Assembly (NCBI GenBank): GCA_963829055.1
Contig: CAWHHI010000020.1
Location: 1 to 64,000 of the forward strand
Length of the DNA: 64,000 nt
Source: an uncultured Gemmatimonadaceae bacterium
GTDB taxonomy: Bacteria > Gemmatimonadota > Gemmatimonadetes > Gemmatimonadales > Gemmatimonadaceae
Direction of reading: 5' to 3'
The translations under genes and the position numbers were made by a program. Shown here piece after piece: positions 24,821 to 34,642 of the stretch. Below the pieces are notes generated by a model that ran no database searches, had not been told where the DNA came from, and saw only the letters and a list, made by a program, of their open reading frames with translations. Positions within the stretch are counted from its first letter, which is position 1; each line of letters starts with the position of its first letter.

Positions 24821-25351
24821 CTACCAGGGGTCGAAGACCGCCTTGGACGTTCCGTGAGCGCGACTGTACGTGCCGCGGACGTAGCGCACCTGGAAGCGGT
24901 GCCCCGCCAGGTGCATCGCGTGCGTCTCGAGCAGACCCAATCCCGTCACGTTGTAGCGCGCGAAATAGCTCAGCTGTCGCGCGAGATCGGCATCACCGAG
25001 GTCTGTAAGGCGCGCTCGGTATCGTCTGCGCGCCGCGGCGAACCGCGCCATCACCTCCGGAATCGTGCCTTCCAGGCAGGCCGTCGGGTCGGCATCGACC
25101 AGATAACGCCCCTCGATCCCAAGCGCGTCGTGCGCCCATTCCTCGAACCACGCGAGGTGACCGAGCATCCACCGCACACTGTTCGCTGCAGGGTGTGGTC
25201 GCCAGTCGGCCTCCTCTTCCGTGAGCCCCGCGATGTTCTTCTGCAGCAGAGTCCACATCTGCTCGTCCATCTCGTCGAGAAGTCGGACAGGGTCCAGCAC
25301 GACGCCCTCGTGGTACGCTGTGAGTTTCGGAGCGGACAGCATCGCCGCCAT
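24821..25351 (-). CDS. DinB_2-family protein
   Basis: GLTEEEADWRPHPAANSVRWMLGHL and HLAGHRFQV. Start codon uncertain. Confidence 0.75.
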   Translation of the reverse strand: MAAMLSAPKLTAYHEGVVLDPVRLLDEMDEQMWTLLQKNIAGLTEEEADWRPHPAANSVRWMLGHLAWFEEWAHDALGIEGRYLVDADPTACLEGTIPEVMARFAAARRRYRARLTDLGDADLARQLSYFARYNVTGLGLLETHAMHLAGHRFQVRYVRGTYSRAHGTSKAVFDPW

Positions 25352-25427
25352 CGCCGCTATCGCATCGTGTAACACGCGATCGGCCGATGAATCCGGCCAC
25401 GCGACGCCCGACGAGCCACCGCTCGGA

Positions 25428-26579
25428 TCAGAGCTCACCGCCAGGCCGACGTCCCATACGCATGTCCGCCACCTGAGCGGCACTGTATGGTGCCGTGAAC
25501 AGCTCCGGTTTGGCGTGCCAGCACCGGAACAGCTCGGCGATGAAACGCATGCGCTCTCGTAGGTTCGCCCAGTCCGTCGCGCCGCTTCCAGTCGTCGCGT
25601 TTGGCGTCGGATCAATGCTCGCGAGCAACGCGCGAAGGGGCTGGTGCTCGATCTCGCGAAGCTCCGGCGGGAACTCGCCGCGCACATCGCGCCCGAGGTG
25701 CACCACAACGCCCGGCATCCGCAGCGTCATGAGCAGATCGGTGATGACGAGTCGCATGCGCCGGCGGACGGCGGCCACCAACGCGTCGATGGCGATGTCG
25801 GCGGGCATCGGGCGGCCTGTCAGCCGAGAGATCTGGGCGCGGGTGCGGAGCCACACGCCGGGCATCACCAACGGAAGGAGCGCCGCCCGTACGGCGTCGG
25901 CGTCGAGCCCGGCATCGAGCGACGCCTGGATCTCGGGCTGAAGTCGCGTCTGTTCGTGGAAGCCGACGAGCAGATTCCCGAACAACAGCAGGGTCGCTCG
26001 CTCCCGGTCGTTAGGCGCCCGGCACGCCGCGCCGTAGGCGACGAACGCCTCGCGCAGCAGCCGCTGCCCGTCAGGCGGCTCGCCGCCGCGGAGCGTGTTG
26101 CAGAACGCCGCCGTCGCGGCATCGTCGGGCGACCCCGTCGCGGCGGCCGTCCCGCGCCAGCGGGCGAACTCGCGCCCGATCTCGACGAACACCTTGCGGT
26201 TCCCGACGGCAACGGCGTCCGACGCACGTCGGAGCGCTGCCTCCACGTCGGTGACGCGACGGACCGTCTCGAGCACGGTCTCGCGGGTGAGCGCCCGCTC
26301 CGTGCGTATCGAGAGTCGCACGATGTCCGTAGCGATCGCGCCGACTTCGTGGGAGCCGAGGACGTCGTCGGCCGTGCGGGCGAAGTCCTCACCGCGGATG
26401 GTCTGCCCCGCCTGACGCGACGCCCACGTCGCGAACGTGCACCAGTTCGCGCCCGGCGACACCCGCTCGGCCACTGCGCGCGACAGATCGTGGTAGCACT
26501 GCGTGATGCGCAGGTTGCGGACGATCGGGTCGCTGATCGCTCCGATCTGTTCTACTTCGCTGACTGTGGGAACGCTCAC
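25428..26579 (-). CDS. Conserved hypothetical protein
   Basis: Long ORF with natural composition and motifs RNLRITQCYHDLS, ANWCTFATWAS, HEQTRLQP and DWANLRERM. Function unknown. Confidence 0.75.
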   Translation of the reverse strand: MSVPTVSEVEQIGAISDPIVRNLRITQCYHDLSRAVAERVSPGANWCTFATWASRQAGQTIRGEDFARTADDVLGSHEVGAIATDIVRLSIRTERALTRETVLETVRRVTDVEAALRRASDAVAVGNRKVFVEIGREFARWRGTAAATGSPDDAATAAFCNTLRGGEPPDGQRLLREAFVAYGAACRAPNDRERATLLLFGNLLVGFHEQTRLQPEIQASLDAGLDADAVRAALLPLVMPGVWLRTRAQISRLTGRPMPADIAIDALVAAVRRRMRLVITDLLMTLRMPGVVVHLGRDVRGEFPPELREIEHQPLRALLASIDPTPNATTGSGATDWANLRERMRFIAELFRCWHAKPELFTAPYSAAQVADMRMGRRPGGEL

Positions 26580-26810
26580 TGGCCGGTATCCGGAAAAGGC
26601 TCGTCGATAATGGAATACACACCGTCTGACTGCGCGAGGCCCGGGGCGTTACCGCGGTGTGTGCTGCCTAACACCTTCGGTCTCCTCCCGTGAAGGCGGT
26701 AACAGAGAAGATTGTCAGCCATGTGCCCTGTTCCCCCGGGTGGGGGAGCGCGCAGATTGTGGCACCGCGGTCCACCAGGCCCGCTCGCCGCTCACGCCGA
26801 CCAACACTCC

Positions 26811-27953
26811 ATGCGCGCTCTCACCGTCCTCACTGCCCTTCTGCTCGCCGCCCCTGCCACCGCGTCGGCGCAGGGCGCGGTCCTCGTATACCGGCTCGGC
26901 AAGGACACGCTCGCCGTCGAGCAGTACACGCGCACCCCCACCGGTATGTCGGGCGAGATGGTGCAGCGCAACGGACCGGCCGTCGTGCGCTTCACGTACT
27001 CGCTCACGCTTGGCAAGGACGGGCGCCCAACGGCGGCCAGCCTCACACGCATGCTCGGTGACGGAACGGCACAGCCGGGGGCGCCTCGCGAAGTGCGCTA
27101 CTCGTTAGGACCCGACTCGGCAGTCCGCGAAGTCGTCTTCGCCGACAGCACGCAGCGTCGCGCCGTCGCCGCTTCCCGGGCGATGGTGAACTTCCCCGTC
27201 TTCATCTACGGCCCCACGGAGCTCCTCGCCGCGCTGCGCAAAGGGAACGCCGCCGACTCGCTCCCGGCGATCGGCCAGGCCGGCGGGCTCGGCTTCACCG
27301 GTCTTTCGGCGTTAGGCGGCGACTCGGTGCGACTCCGCGGAGGGCCGTATGCGATGGTCCTGCGCTTCGACGCCGCCAACCGGCTGCAATCACTGGACGG
27401 TCGTGGGACGACGAACAAGGTCGTGGGCGAACGGGCGTCGGGCCGCGTGGACATCGCCGCGCTCGCCCGCGGGATGAAGCCGACCGGTGTCCTCTCTGCG
27501 CGCGAGGACGCGCGTGCCGCGTTCGGCCCCGGCGGGATGGTCGTGGTCGATTACGGCCGGCCGCAGGTGCGCGAACGCACGGTGTGGGGCGGGACGCTCG
27601 TCCCGTTCGATTCCGTCTGGCGCGCCGGCGCGAACGATGCCACGCACCTCTTCACGACGCGTCCGCTCACACTTGGCACGATGAATCTGGCGCCGGGGAT
27701 GTACACGCTCTGGGTGCAGCACACGCGTCAGGCGACGTTCCTGATCGTGAACCGTCAGACCGGCCAGTGGGGGACGCAGTACGACGCGACGCAGGACGTG
27801 GGACGCGTCGAGATGCAGTCGGCACCGGCGCCGTCGCACGTGGAGGAGATGACGATCGCCGTGCGCGCACTCGGACCCACGCGCGGCGCAATCGAGCTGG
27901 CGTGGGGTGACCGCGTCATGACCGCGCCGTTCGGGGTCGGGACCAGGCCGTAG
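26811..27953 (+). CDS. Secreted protein with C-terminal DUF2911 domain
   Basis: Signal peptide; VDYGRPQVRER..LVPFDSVWRAGANDAT..PGMYTLW..QTGQWGT. Confidence 0.85.
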   Translation: MRALTVLTALLLAAPATASAQGAVLVYRLGKDTLAVEQYTRTPTGMSGEMVQRNGPAVVRFTYSLTLGKDGRPTAASLTRMLGDGTAQPGAPREVRYSLGPDSAVREVVFADSTQRRAVAASRAMVNFPVFIYGPTELLAALRKGNAADSLPAIGQAGGLGFTGLSALGGDSVRLRGGPYAMVLRFDAANRLQSLDGRGTTNKVVGERASGRVDIAALARGMKPTGVLSAREDARAAFGPGGMVVVDYGRPQVRERTVWGGTLVPFDSVWRAGANDATHLFTTRPLTLGTMNLAPGMYTLWVQHTRQATFLIVNRQTGQWGTQYDATQDVGRVEMQSAPAPSHVEEMTIAVRALGPTRGAIELAWGDRVMTAPFGVGTRP

Positions 27954-27984
27954 CGCCCCGCGTATCGCGCGCCATATTCGCTAC

Positions 27985-30321
27985 GTGTCCATACGATACG
28001 AGCTGAGTCACGACGCGATCGCGCGCCTCGTGTTCGATCAGGCGTCGGCCGAGGCGCAGACACGGCGCAAGATCGAGAAGTACGTCCGCGATCGTCTCGC
28101 GATGCACCGCGAGCGGGGCCCACTGCTCACGCAGGATGACCTCGACTACATCCATCCGCACCTCGGCGCGATTCACGCGGACGCGGAGGAGCGTGCGTTC
28201 ATTCGCGAGAGTACGCGCGCGGTGCAACGGACGCGAAACCGACGGCGGTTGCTCGTCACGGGTGTGATCGCGGTGCTCGCGGTGTCGAGCGGTGTGAGCG
28301 CAGTGTTGGCCGTGAAGGCAACGCGGTCGACGCAGCTCGCGAACCGCGAGCGCGACCGGGCAGAGGCCGCGCGCCTCTTCAACGAAGCGCGGACGCAGCT
28401 CGCCAGCGGTTCGCTGCTCGACGCCGTGAAGACGGCTCGCGTCAGCGCACGCACGTACCCGACCGATCCGTCGTCGACCGAGACGCAGTACGCGGTGATG
28501 GCGGATCCAACGTCCGTGCTGGTGACGATCCGCGAGCCCTTGAACTCGAGCCCGCAGGTCCGCTTCTCGGCGGACGGTAGCCGCATCCTCAGTGTCTCGA
28601 AGAACGCCTTCGGCAGCTTCGCGGCTCGCATCTGGGATTGGAATCGCACGGAGCTGTTCTCGATTCCGCAAACCATCCGGGCCGACTATGCGAAGCGGTC
28701 GACAGCACTGATCGCGGCGGAACCTGGGGCCCCGGCATTGACCGCGAATGACGACGGGTCCAGCTGCGGGAACGAAATCAGGCTCGACGATCAGACGTTA
28801 GGCGGTGTCGGCACGTTGTTCGTCGTCGACCTCGCAGAGCCGGCGAAACGCGAGAGCCTCCCTTTTGGCTTTCAGTCGATGGCGCCTAACGGCACGCGCG
28901 TGTCCGTGTGCGGGAACACCGTCTCGATCGACGACGACAGCGGGAAGAGTCTCAAGGCTCTGAGCATCCCCGGCGCGAGAGCGGCGGCGTTCACGCCGGA
29001 CGGAACGCGGATCGTCGTGTCGACCAATTCACGCAGTGCCATCTACGACCTGACCGGGGAGAAGCTGCTCGACGTCGACGGGGCATCACTCACGGTATCC
29101 GACGATGGAGAGCGGCTCGCCACCGTCGAGGGTGCGACGACGATCATCCGCGATGCGACGGGACGCGAGCTCGCCCGACGGCAAGGTGTGGCGCCCGTGT
29201 TCGGACCGAACGGCATCGTGCTGACGGTGGTGGGCGAGACGAGCCGGCTACGGCGGCCTGACGCCGACGGGACCACTGCGATGGTCAACTATCCGGGCAC
29301 CGATCCGCGCCTGTCACCCGATGGGAAATGGGTGATGACCACGATGACGGACCGCACGCGAATCGCGGACGTGGCGGGCCACGAGCTCACGACGCTCCCC
29401 GGCGTGTCGGGACGCTTCTCGCCCATCGCGCCCGTGGCGATGACGGCGACGGAGAGCGGCGTGATCAGGTTGTGGGATCTGCGGCGGACTCCCGTCGCGA
29501 CCGAGGAGGCAGCGGCCGGCATCTGGGGACTCGACGAGCAGTCCGTGAAATCGTTGGCAGCGCTCAACGGCCCGACCGACTGTCGGTTCAGGTGCGTGTC
29601 TCCAGACAGCTCGTTGCGCGCATCAGTGATCGCGGCTCCTCTCGTCACACCCGGCGCACGCTCAAGTGCGAGCCTGATGCTCGAAGCCCGTGATCCCGGC
29701 GGCGCCGCCGCCGACGAGCAGGGATGGCGGGCACTGCCAGGGGGCGAAAAGCGCGGGTGCCCGACACCCGTTGCCATGGACATTTCGCCCGTGGCCGGCG
29801 GCGACATCGTGCTCGGGTGCGGCGACGGACCCGTCCGCGTGTTCGACCGCACCGGCGCGGTGCGCTGGGAAGGAAAACACGCCGGCGCCGTTACGCGCGC
29901 GGCATTCTCGCCAGACGGCCGGTACGTGTTGACGGGATCGGCCGACCGTACCGCACGCCTGTGGAACGCGGCGACCGGCGCCGTGATCACGACGTTCGCC
30001 GGCCACGAAGGCGACGTCACGGCGGTGATCGTGTCGAGAGACGCGACGCGAGCCGCGACGCTCACGACGCGGGGCACGCTGCGACTGTGGCAGCCTAACG
30101 CGCCGAGTGCGACGCTGCTCTCCAGCGTCACGCTCGATGACTGGATGATCACGGCCATCGCGTTCAGCGCCGATGGGTCACAGATCCTGGCGCGCACGCT
30201 GCGCGGCCAACTTCGCCGCTGGCTCACGGACGCCACCCAGCTCGACAAGGAGTTCGCGTGGGTACGCACTCGGCCCGACACGACGACGGCGCCTAACGCC
30301 AGCGCGGGCTCCCGCCCATGA
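27985..30321 (+). CDS. Membrane-anchored WD40-repeat protein beginning with a STAND winged-helix tail
   Basis: N-terminal YELSHDAIAR, one TM helix (LLVTGVIAVLAVSSGVSAVLAV) and WD40 blades (AFSPDGRYVLTGSADRTARLWN, GHEGDV). Confidence 0.85.
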   Translation: MSIRYELSHDAIARLVFDQASAEAQTRRKIEKYVRDRLAMHRERGPLLTQDDLDYIHPHLGAIHADAEERAFIRESTRAVQRTRNRRRLLVTGVIAVLAVSSGVSAVLAVKATRSTQLANRERDRAEAARLFNEARTQLASGSLLDAVKTARVSARTYPTDPSSTETQYAVMADPTSVLVTIREPLNSSPQVRFSADGSRILSVSKNAFGSFAARIWDWNRTELFSIPQTIRADYAKRSTALIAAEPGAPALTANDDGSSCGNEIRLDDQTLGGVGTLFVVDLAEPAKRESLPFGFQSMAPNGTRVSVCGNTVSIDDDSGKSLKALSIPGARAAAFTPDGTRIVVSTNSRSAIYDLTGEKLLDVDGASLTVSDDGERLATVEGATTIIRDATGRELARRQGVAPVFGPNGIVLTVVGETSRLRRPDADGTTAMVNYPGTDPRLSPDGKWVMTTMTDRTRIADVAGHELTTLPGVSGRFSPIAPVAMTATESGVIRLWDLRRTPVATEEAAAGIWGLDEQSVKSLAALNGPTDCRFRCVSPDSSLRASVIAAPLVTPGARSSASLMLEARDPGGAAADEQGWRALPGGEKRGCPTPVAMDISPVAGGDIVLGCGDGPVRVFDRTGAVRWEGKHAGAVTRAAFSPDGRYVLTGSADRTARLWNAATGAVITTFAGHEGDVTAVIVSRDATRAATLTTRGTLRLWQPNAPSATLLSSVTLDDWMITAIAFSADGSQILARTLRGQLRRWLTDATQLDKEFAWVRTRPDTTTAPNASAGSRP

Positions 30322-32222
30322 CGACGCCCGTTCTCTTCCTCGCGTTCGCGAACGACGACTCCGCTCATCTGCAGCTGCTCAAGACCGAGAGCTCCGAAAT
30401 CTGGCGCAGGCTGGCGGACATCGACCGGCAGGAGTTCGTGAAGGTGCATCGTGAGGAGAGCGCGAGCGTCGACGAGCTGTTCGAGGCGCTCGTCCGCTTC
30501 AAGGACCGCGTCGCGATCTTCCATTACGGCGGACACGCCGACGGAACGATGCTCCAGCTCGAAGGCGGAGCCGGACACGCCAACGGGATTGCCGGACTCC
30601 TCGGCGAGCAGGCGAACCTCAAGCTCGTCTTCCTCAACGGCTGCGCCACTCGGCCGCAGGTCGAACAGCTGCTCGCCGCCGGCGTCAAGGCGGTCATCGC
30701 CACGTCGGTCCCGATTCGCGACGACAAGGCCACCGCGTTCTCTGTCCGATTCTACGAGGCACTCGCCAACCGACGCACCATCGCTCAGGCGTTCGCGCTC
30801 GCCCAGCACTACCTCCAGACCCGCTTCGGCGACGTCCGCGATGTCAGCATCGTCCCAATGCGCGACATCCGCGCGAAACATTCCGTCGACGCGGGCGAGC
30901 GCATTCCCTGGGGGCTCTACATCAAGGAGGAGTGCCAGCGCGAAGTGCTCGACTGGACGCTCCCCTACTATCACGCGATCGGGCTCCCGCAGGAGATGAT
31001 CCAGTACATCGGGAGCAGCTTCAGCGCGAACCGCTACATCATGCTGGTGCTCGATGAGATGGCCCGCTACAACCCGGACATCTACTCGCAGATGACGGAG
31101 CAGCGGGGCGGCGAGACGGTGCGGCGTGACTCGCGCGAGTACCCCGAGCTCATCGTGCGGAATCTCCCGTGGCCGTTAGGCTCGCAGATCCGCCTTCTCC
31201 GCCTGCACGACGCACCGGACATGGAGCGGCTCGAGCTGCTCGTGAGCGCCTACGTGCGCACGACGCAGCTGCTGTACTTCATTCTCCTCTCCGATCTCTG
31301 GGAGCAGCGGCGACACGGAACGATCGACGTTCCGGCCACGTTCGATGCCGCGCTCCCGGCAGGTGCCAGCGCATTCTCTTCGTTCGACTTCCTCGCGCGG
31401 ACGATCGAGCTATACCGGCTCTTCACCGCACAGGCGGCGCACCCCTACGTCGCCGAATTCGAGCGAGTGGCGGAGATGTGGGACGCGACGCCGTCGCCCC
31501 TGCAGAGCGCGCACACATACCTCGAGCAACTTCGCGCCGAGTTGCTAGCGGGGACGCCGATCGCCGAGCTCGCCCAGCGATGCCTAACGACCGAGCAGGC
31601 GCTGTCGGTCGTCCTCCGTTCAGCGGCATTCCTCGCGCGCTACCGGATGATGACGGTGCGGAACATCACGGTGGAGGCCCCGCGCTTCGAGACGGTGTCG
31701 TACGAGCTGGACATGGGGCCGCTCAACGCCGTCGACAACAGCGCGCTCAACCTGTATCAGGATGCGGCGCGCCGCCGGAAGGCGCATTACGGCAACAGCC
31801 AGTCGATCGTGCTGGTACGGGACGAGAACGCGCTCGACGACTGCCTCAACCTCTCGCCCTTCATCGTCGACAAGAACACGTTCGTCAGCGTCAAGAAGAG
31901 CGAGACGACGGACAAGGACCGGCTCGCGCACATCTTCGTCCTCTCGTACGTGGAAGACGGACGCCTCGTCTACCTCGCGGTCGACCATGGTCTCCGCTAC
32001 GCGCTCGACAACGCGCGCGACCGCATCCACACGGATATGACGCGCGAGGACTTCACGGAGGGACGCAACCTCGCCCCGAGCATCCCCGCCGCTGATCCGT
32101 TCGGCGTCGGCGCGACGTTCGGCTTCGAGCCGCAGCCTGCCGCTGACGACGGCGTGAAGGTCTTCCAGGTGCTGCGCAATCAGCTCGAGGGATTCATGGC
32201 TGACGTCGGGATACCGCGATGA
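30318..32222 (+). CDS. CHAT (caspase-like) domain protein
   Basis: LFLAFAND, IFHYGGHA (catalytic His), LVFLNGC (catalytic Cys) and AFSVRFYEAL. ATGA overlap with the upstream gene. Confidence 0.88.
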   Translation: MTTPVLFLAFANDDSAHLQLLKTESSEIWRRLADIDRQEFVKVHREESASVDELFEALVRFKDRVAIFHYGGHADGTMLQLEGGAGHANGIAGLLGEQANLKLVFLNGCATRPQVEQLLAAGVKAVIATSVPIRDDKATAFSVRFYEALANRRTIAQAFALAQHYLQTRFGDVRDVSIVPMRDIRAKHSVDAGERIPWGLYIKEECQREVLDWTLPYYHAIGLPQEMIQYIGSSFSANRYIMLVLDEMARYNPDIYSQMTEQRGGETVRRDSREYPELIVRNLPWPLGSQIRLLRLHDAPDMERLELLVSAYVRTTQLLYFILLSDLWEQRRHGTIDVPATFDAALPAGASAFSSFDFLARTIELYRLFTAQAAHPYVAEFERVAEMWDATPSPLQSAHTYLEQLRAELLAGTPIAELAQRCLTTEQALSVVLRSAAFLARYRMMTVRNITVEAPRFETVSYELDMGPLNAVDNSALNLYQDAARRRKAHYGNSQSIVLVRDENALDDCLNLSPFIVDKNTFVSVKKSETTDKDRLAHIFVLSYVEDGRLVYLAVDHGLRYALDNARDRIHTDMTREDFTEGRNLAPSIPAADPFGVGATFGFEPQPAADDGVKVFQVLRNQLEGFMADVGIPR

Positions 32223-33298
32223 CGGTGGCGACCACGAGCCCGTTCAAATATCTGGACGCGTACCAGAAGGAGGACGCGGACCGTTTCTTCGGGCGCGAGC
32301 GCGAGACGGCGCAGCTCTACAACGTGGTGCACGCCTCCAACCTGGTCCTCATCTACGGCGCCTCCGGCACCGGCAAGTCGAGCCTCGTCAACTGCGGACT
32401 CGGCAACCAGTTCGTCGACACGGACTGGCTGCCGCTATTCGTTAGGCGCGGCACGGATCTCAACCGGTCGCTGGAACGCACCATGGCCGGCGCGATGAAG
32501 GGAGACGCGCCACCGGATGACGTGGCCGTCGGCGAGCGTCTGCGGGCGCTGTATCTCGAGCACTACCGCCCGATCTACCTGATCTTCGACCAGTTCGAGG
32601 AGCTCTTCATCCTCGGGACCCGCGACGAGCAGCGGCTGTTCTACGAGACGGTTCGGCAACTCCTCGACGCGAGCGCGGGATGCAAGCTGCTCATCATCAT
32701 CAGAGAGGAGTACATCGCCTATCTCTCGGACTTCGAGAAGGCGGTGCCCTCCCTCTTCGACAACCGGCTCCGCATCGAGAAGCTCAACGATGCCAATCTC
32801 GCCCGGATCATTGTCGGGACGGCGCACGCGGCCGGTATTCGGGTAGACCAGCCTAACGTCACCGTGCCGGCGATCCTGGAGAACATCCGTGATCGCCGCA
32901 CGGGCGTCGATCTCGCCAATCTCCAGATCTACCTCGACCGACTCTGGCGCGCCGATCTCGAGCGGCAGGGCACCGCGACGCCGGCCGTGGTGACGTTCGA
33001 TCCTGCACTCACCGAACGAGTGGGCAAGTTGAGCGACGTGCTGCGCGACTTTCTCTCCAATCAGCTCAAGGCAATCGAGCAGGGCCTCACGTCGCAGCGA
33101 GGTGTCGCGAAGCCCGAGGGCATTCCGCTGGAGGTCCTGTTCGCGCTGGTGACCGAGGAGGGTACGAAGCGGAACCTCGACGTGTCAGCGATCCTCGAGG
33201 CGCTTCCCGGGAACCGCGAGATCCAGGAGTCGCACGTGCGATTCTGCCTCGACGAGTTCGAGCGCCTGCGGCTCGTGCGTCCGCTCGCCGTCGCGTGA
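32219..33298 (+). CDS. nSTAND1-type STAND P-loop NTPase (no C-terminal sensor)
   Basis: SPFKYLDAY..DADRFFGRERE, Walker A GASGTGKSS, Walker B LIFDQFEELF, IREEY and LVTEEGTK. ATGA overlap. Confidence 0.9.
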   Translation: MTVATTSPFKYLDAYQKEDADRFFGRERETAQLYNVVHASNLVLIYGASGTGKSSLVNCGLGNQFVDTDWLPLFVRRGTDLNRSLERTMAGAMKGDAPPDDVAVGERLRALYLEHYRPIYLIFDQFEELFILGTRDEQRLFYETVRQLLDASAGCKLLIIIREEYIAYLSDFEKAVPSLFDNRLRIEKLNDANLARIIVGTAHAAGIRVDQPNVTVPAILENIRDRRTGVDLANLQIYLDRLWRADLERQGTATPAVVTFDPALTERVGKLSDVLRDFLSNQLKAIEQGLTSQRGVAKPEGIPLEVLFALVTEEGTKRNLDVSAILEALPGNREIQESHVRFCLDEFERLRLVRPLAVA

Positions 33299-33321
33299 CG
33301 CTGACCCGCCAGTGGAACGAG

Positions 33322-33457
33322 GTTGAGATGTTGATGGCAGGCGAGGCAGGCCCTATAGCCAGAATTGGCAAAGGGCAGACTTCCCTGACAGGTGAGAGGC
33401 GGAGCGCGTTTGCCAGTTCTGGCTCTGGGCCGGAATCGCCCACCATCAACATTTAAC
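33322..33457. other. Long imperfect hairpin downstream of the STAND operon
   Basis: GTTGAGATGTTGATGG/CCATCAACATTTAAC outer arms and AGCCAGAATTGGCAAA/TTTGCCAGTTCTGGCT inner arms. Confidence 0.75.
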
Positions 33458-33475
33458 GCGCAGTCCACCTCACGC

Positions 33476-33505
33476 TTGACATGTGACCTTTTGGTCACCT
33501 ATTAT
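33476..33505 (+). promoter_or_regulatory. Sigma70 promoter with overlapping ArsR operator
   Basis: TTGACA (33476-81), 18-bp spacer, TATTAT (33500-05); palindrome GTGACC-TTTT-GGTCAC at 33483-33498; GTG start 5 nt after the -10 box. Confidence 0.75.
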
Positions 33506-33510
33506 CCGGT

Positions 33511-33834
33511 GTGACAGACGACGATCGCGTGTTCAAGGCGCTCGCTGATTCGACGCGGCGCTCCCTCCTCGACCGGCTCTTCGTGCGTGACGGCCGCACG
33601 CTCACGGAGCTCGAGTCCGAGCTGGCGATGACCCGCTTCGGTGTCATGAAGCACCTCCGCGTCCTCGAGGACGCGGGGCTCGTGGTGACCAAGCGCTCGG
33701 GACGCGAGAAGCTGCACTTCCTCAACCCCGTTCCGATCCGGCTCATCCACGATCGATGGATCGACAAGTTCACCGAGCGCCGCGTATCGGCGCTCACTGA
33801 CCTCAAGCGACAATTGGAGGAGGAGTCCGCATGA
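33511..33834 (+). CDS. ArsR/SmtB-family regulator
   Basis: VFKALADSTRRSLLDRL and MTRFGVMKHLRVLEDAGLV..RSGREKLHFLNPVPI. Confidence 0.93.
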   Translation: MTDDDRVFKALADSTRRSLLDRLFVRDGRTLTELESELAMTRFGVMKHLRVLEDAGLVVTKRSGREKLHFLNPVPIRLIHDRWIDKFTERRVSALTDLKRQLEEESA

Positions 33835-34353
33835 CGAGCACCGCACCGTCCGGCACGAGCGTCACGACGCAGATCTATCGCGTCTTCATCAAGGCAACGC
33901 CGCAGGCGATCTGGGACGCGATCACCACGCCGGAGTGGACGCAGCGCTTCGGCTACGGGTTGCGCGACGTGTACGAGTTGCGTCCCGGCGGGTCGTACCG
34001 CGGGTACGCGAACGCAGGGATGACCGCCATGGGGATGCCGGAAGTTGTCGACGGACGGCGAGGTCATAGAGGCGGATCCGCCGCGGAAGCTGGTGGTCAC
34101 CTGGCGCATGGCGATGGACCCCAGCATGGCCGCCGAAGGCCATACGCGCCTAACGTATGAGATCGTGGAGGGGAGGAACGGTGTGAGCCGCCTCAGCGTG
34201 ATCCACGATCTCACGGGAACGCCCGGCCATGCGGCGATGGTCGCCGGCGATCAGCAGGGCCCCGGAGCCGGCGGTGGCTGGACCTGGATCCTGAGCGATC
34301 TCAAGACGCTGCTCGAGAGCGGAACGCAGATGGTAACGGGCGGCGCGTGGTAG
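33831..34353 (+). CDS. SRPBCC/AHSA1-domain protein; frameshift near 34045
   Basis: IKATPQAIWDAITTPEWT, GEVIEADPPRKLV and GGGWTWILSDLKTLLE. Typical ArsR partner. Confidence 0.88.
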
Positions 34354-34642
34354 TGAATGGAAGTGAAAAGGCCTCGCGCATTCGCGCGAGGCCCGGAGCC
34401 AATCTCGCTCGCGCGACGCGCGCCGACTAGTCGTGTGAGCCAGGCCTCGCCGGGTCGGTACCGCGAACGAACCGGATGATCTGCACCGGCCGCTTTCGGC
34501 GCGCGACGTCCTCGTACAACACGAGGAACTGGTCACCGGTCGTCCGGCTCACCGCGTACACCTTCACGAAGGCGCGCCCGCCGACGGAGCTCGATGTAGT
34601 TTCGCCGCCGGATACTTCGGCGAATGTGGTGGCCGGGGCCGT

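Noticed and set aside
29289..30974. Long antisense or alternative-frame ORFs (e.g. 29289..30974, 38052..39401, 59187..60425, 61350..62528)
   Set aside because: They are shadow ORFs of real genes on the opposite strand, as expected in high-GC DNA, and carry no recognisable motifs.
33322..33457. Hairpin as an attC site
   Set aside because: The ends read GTT...AAC, the reverse of attC polarity.
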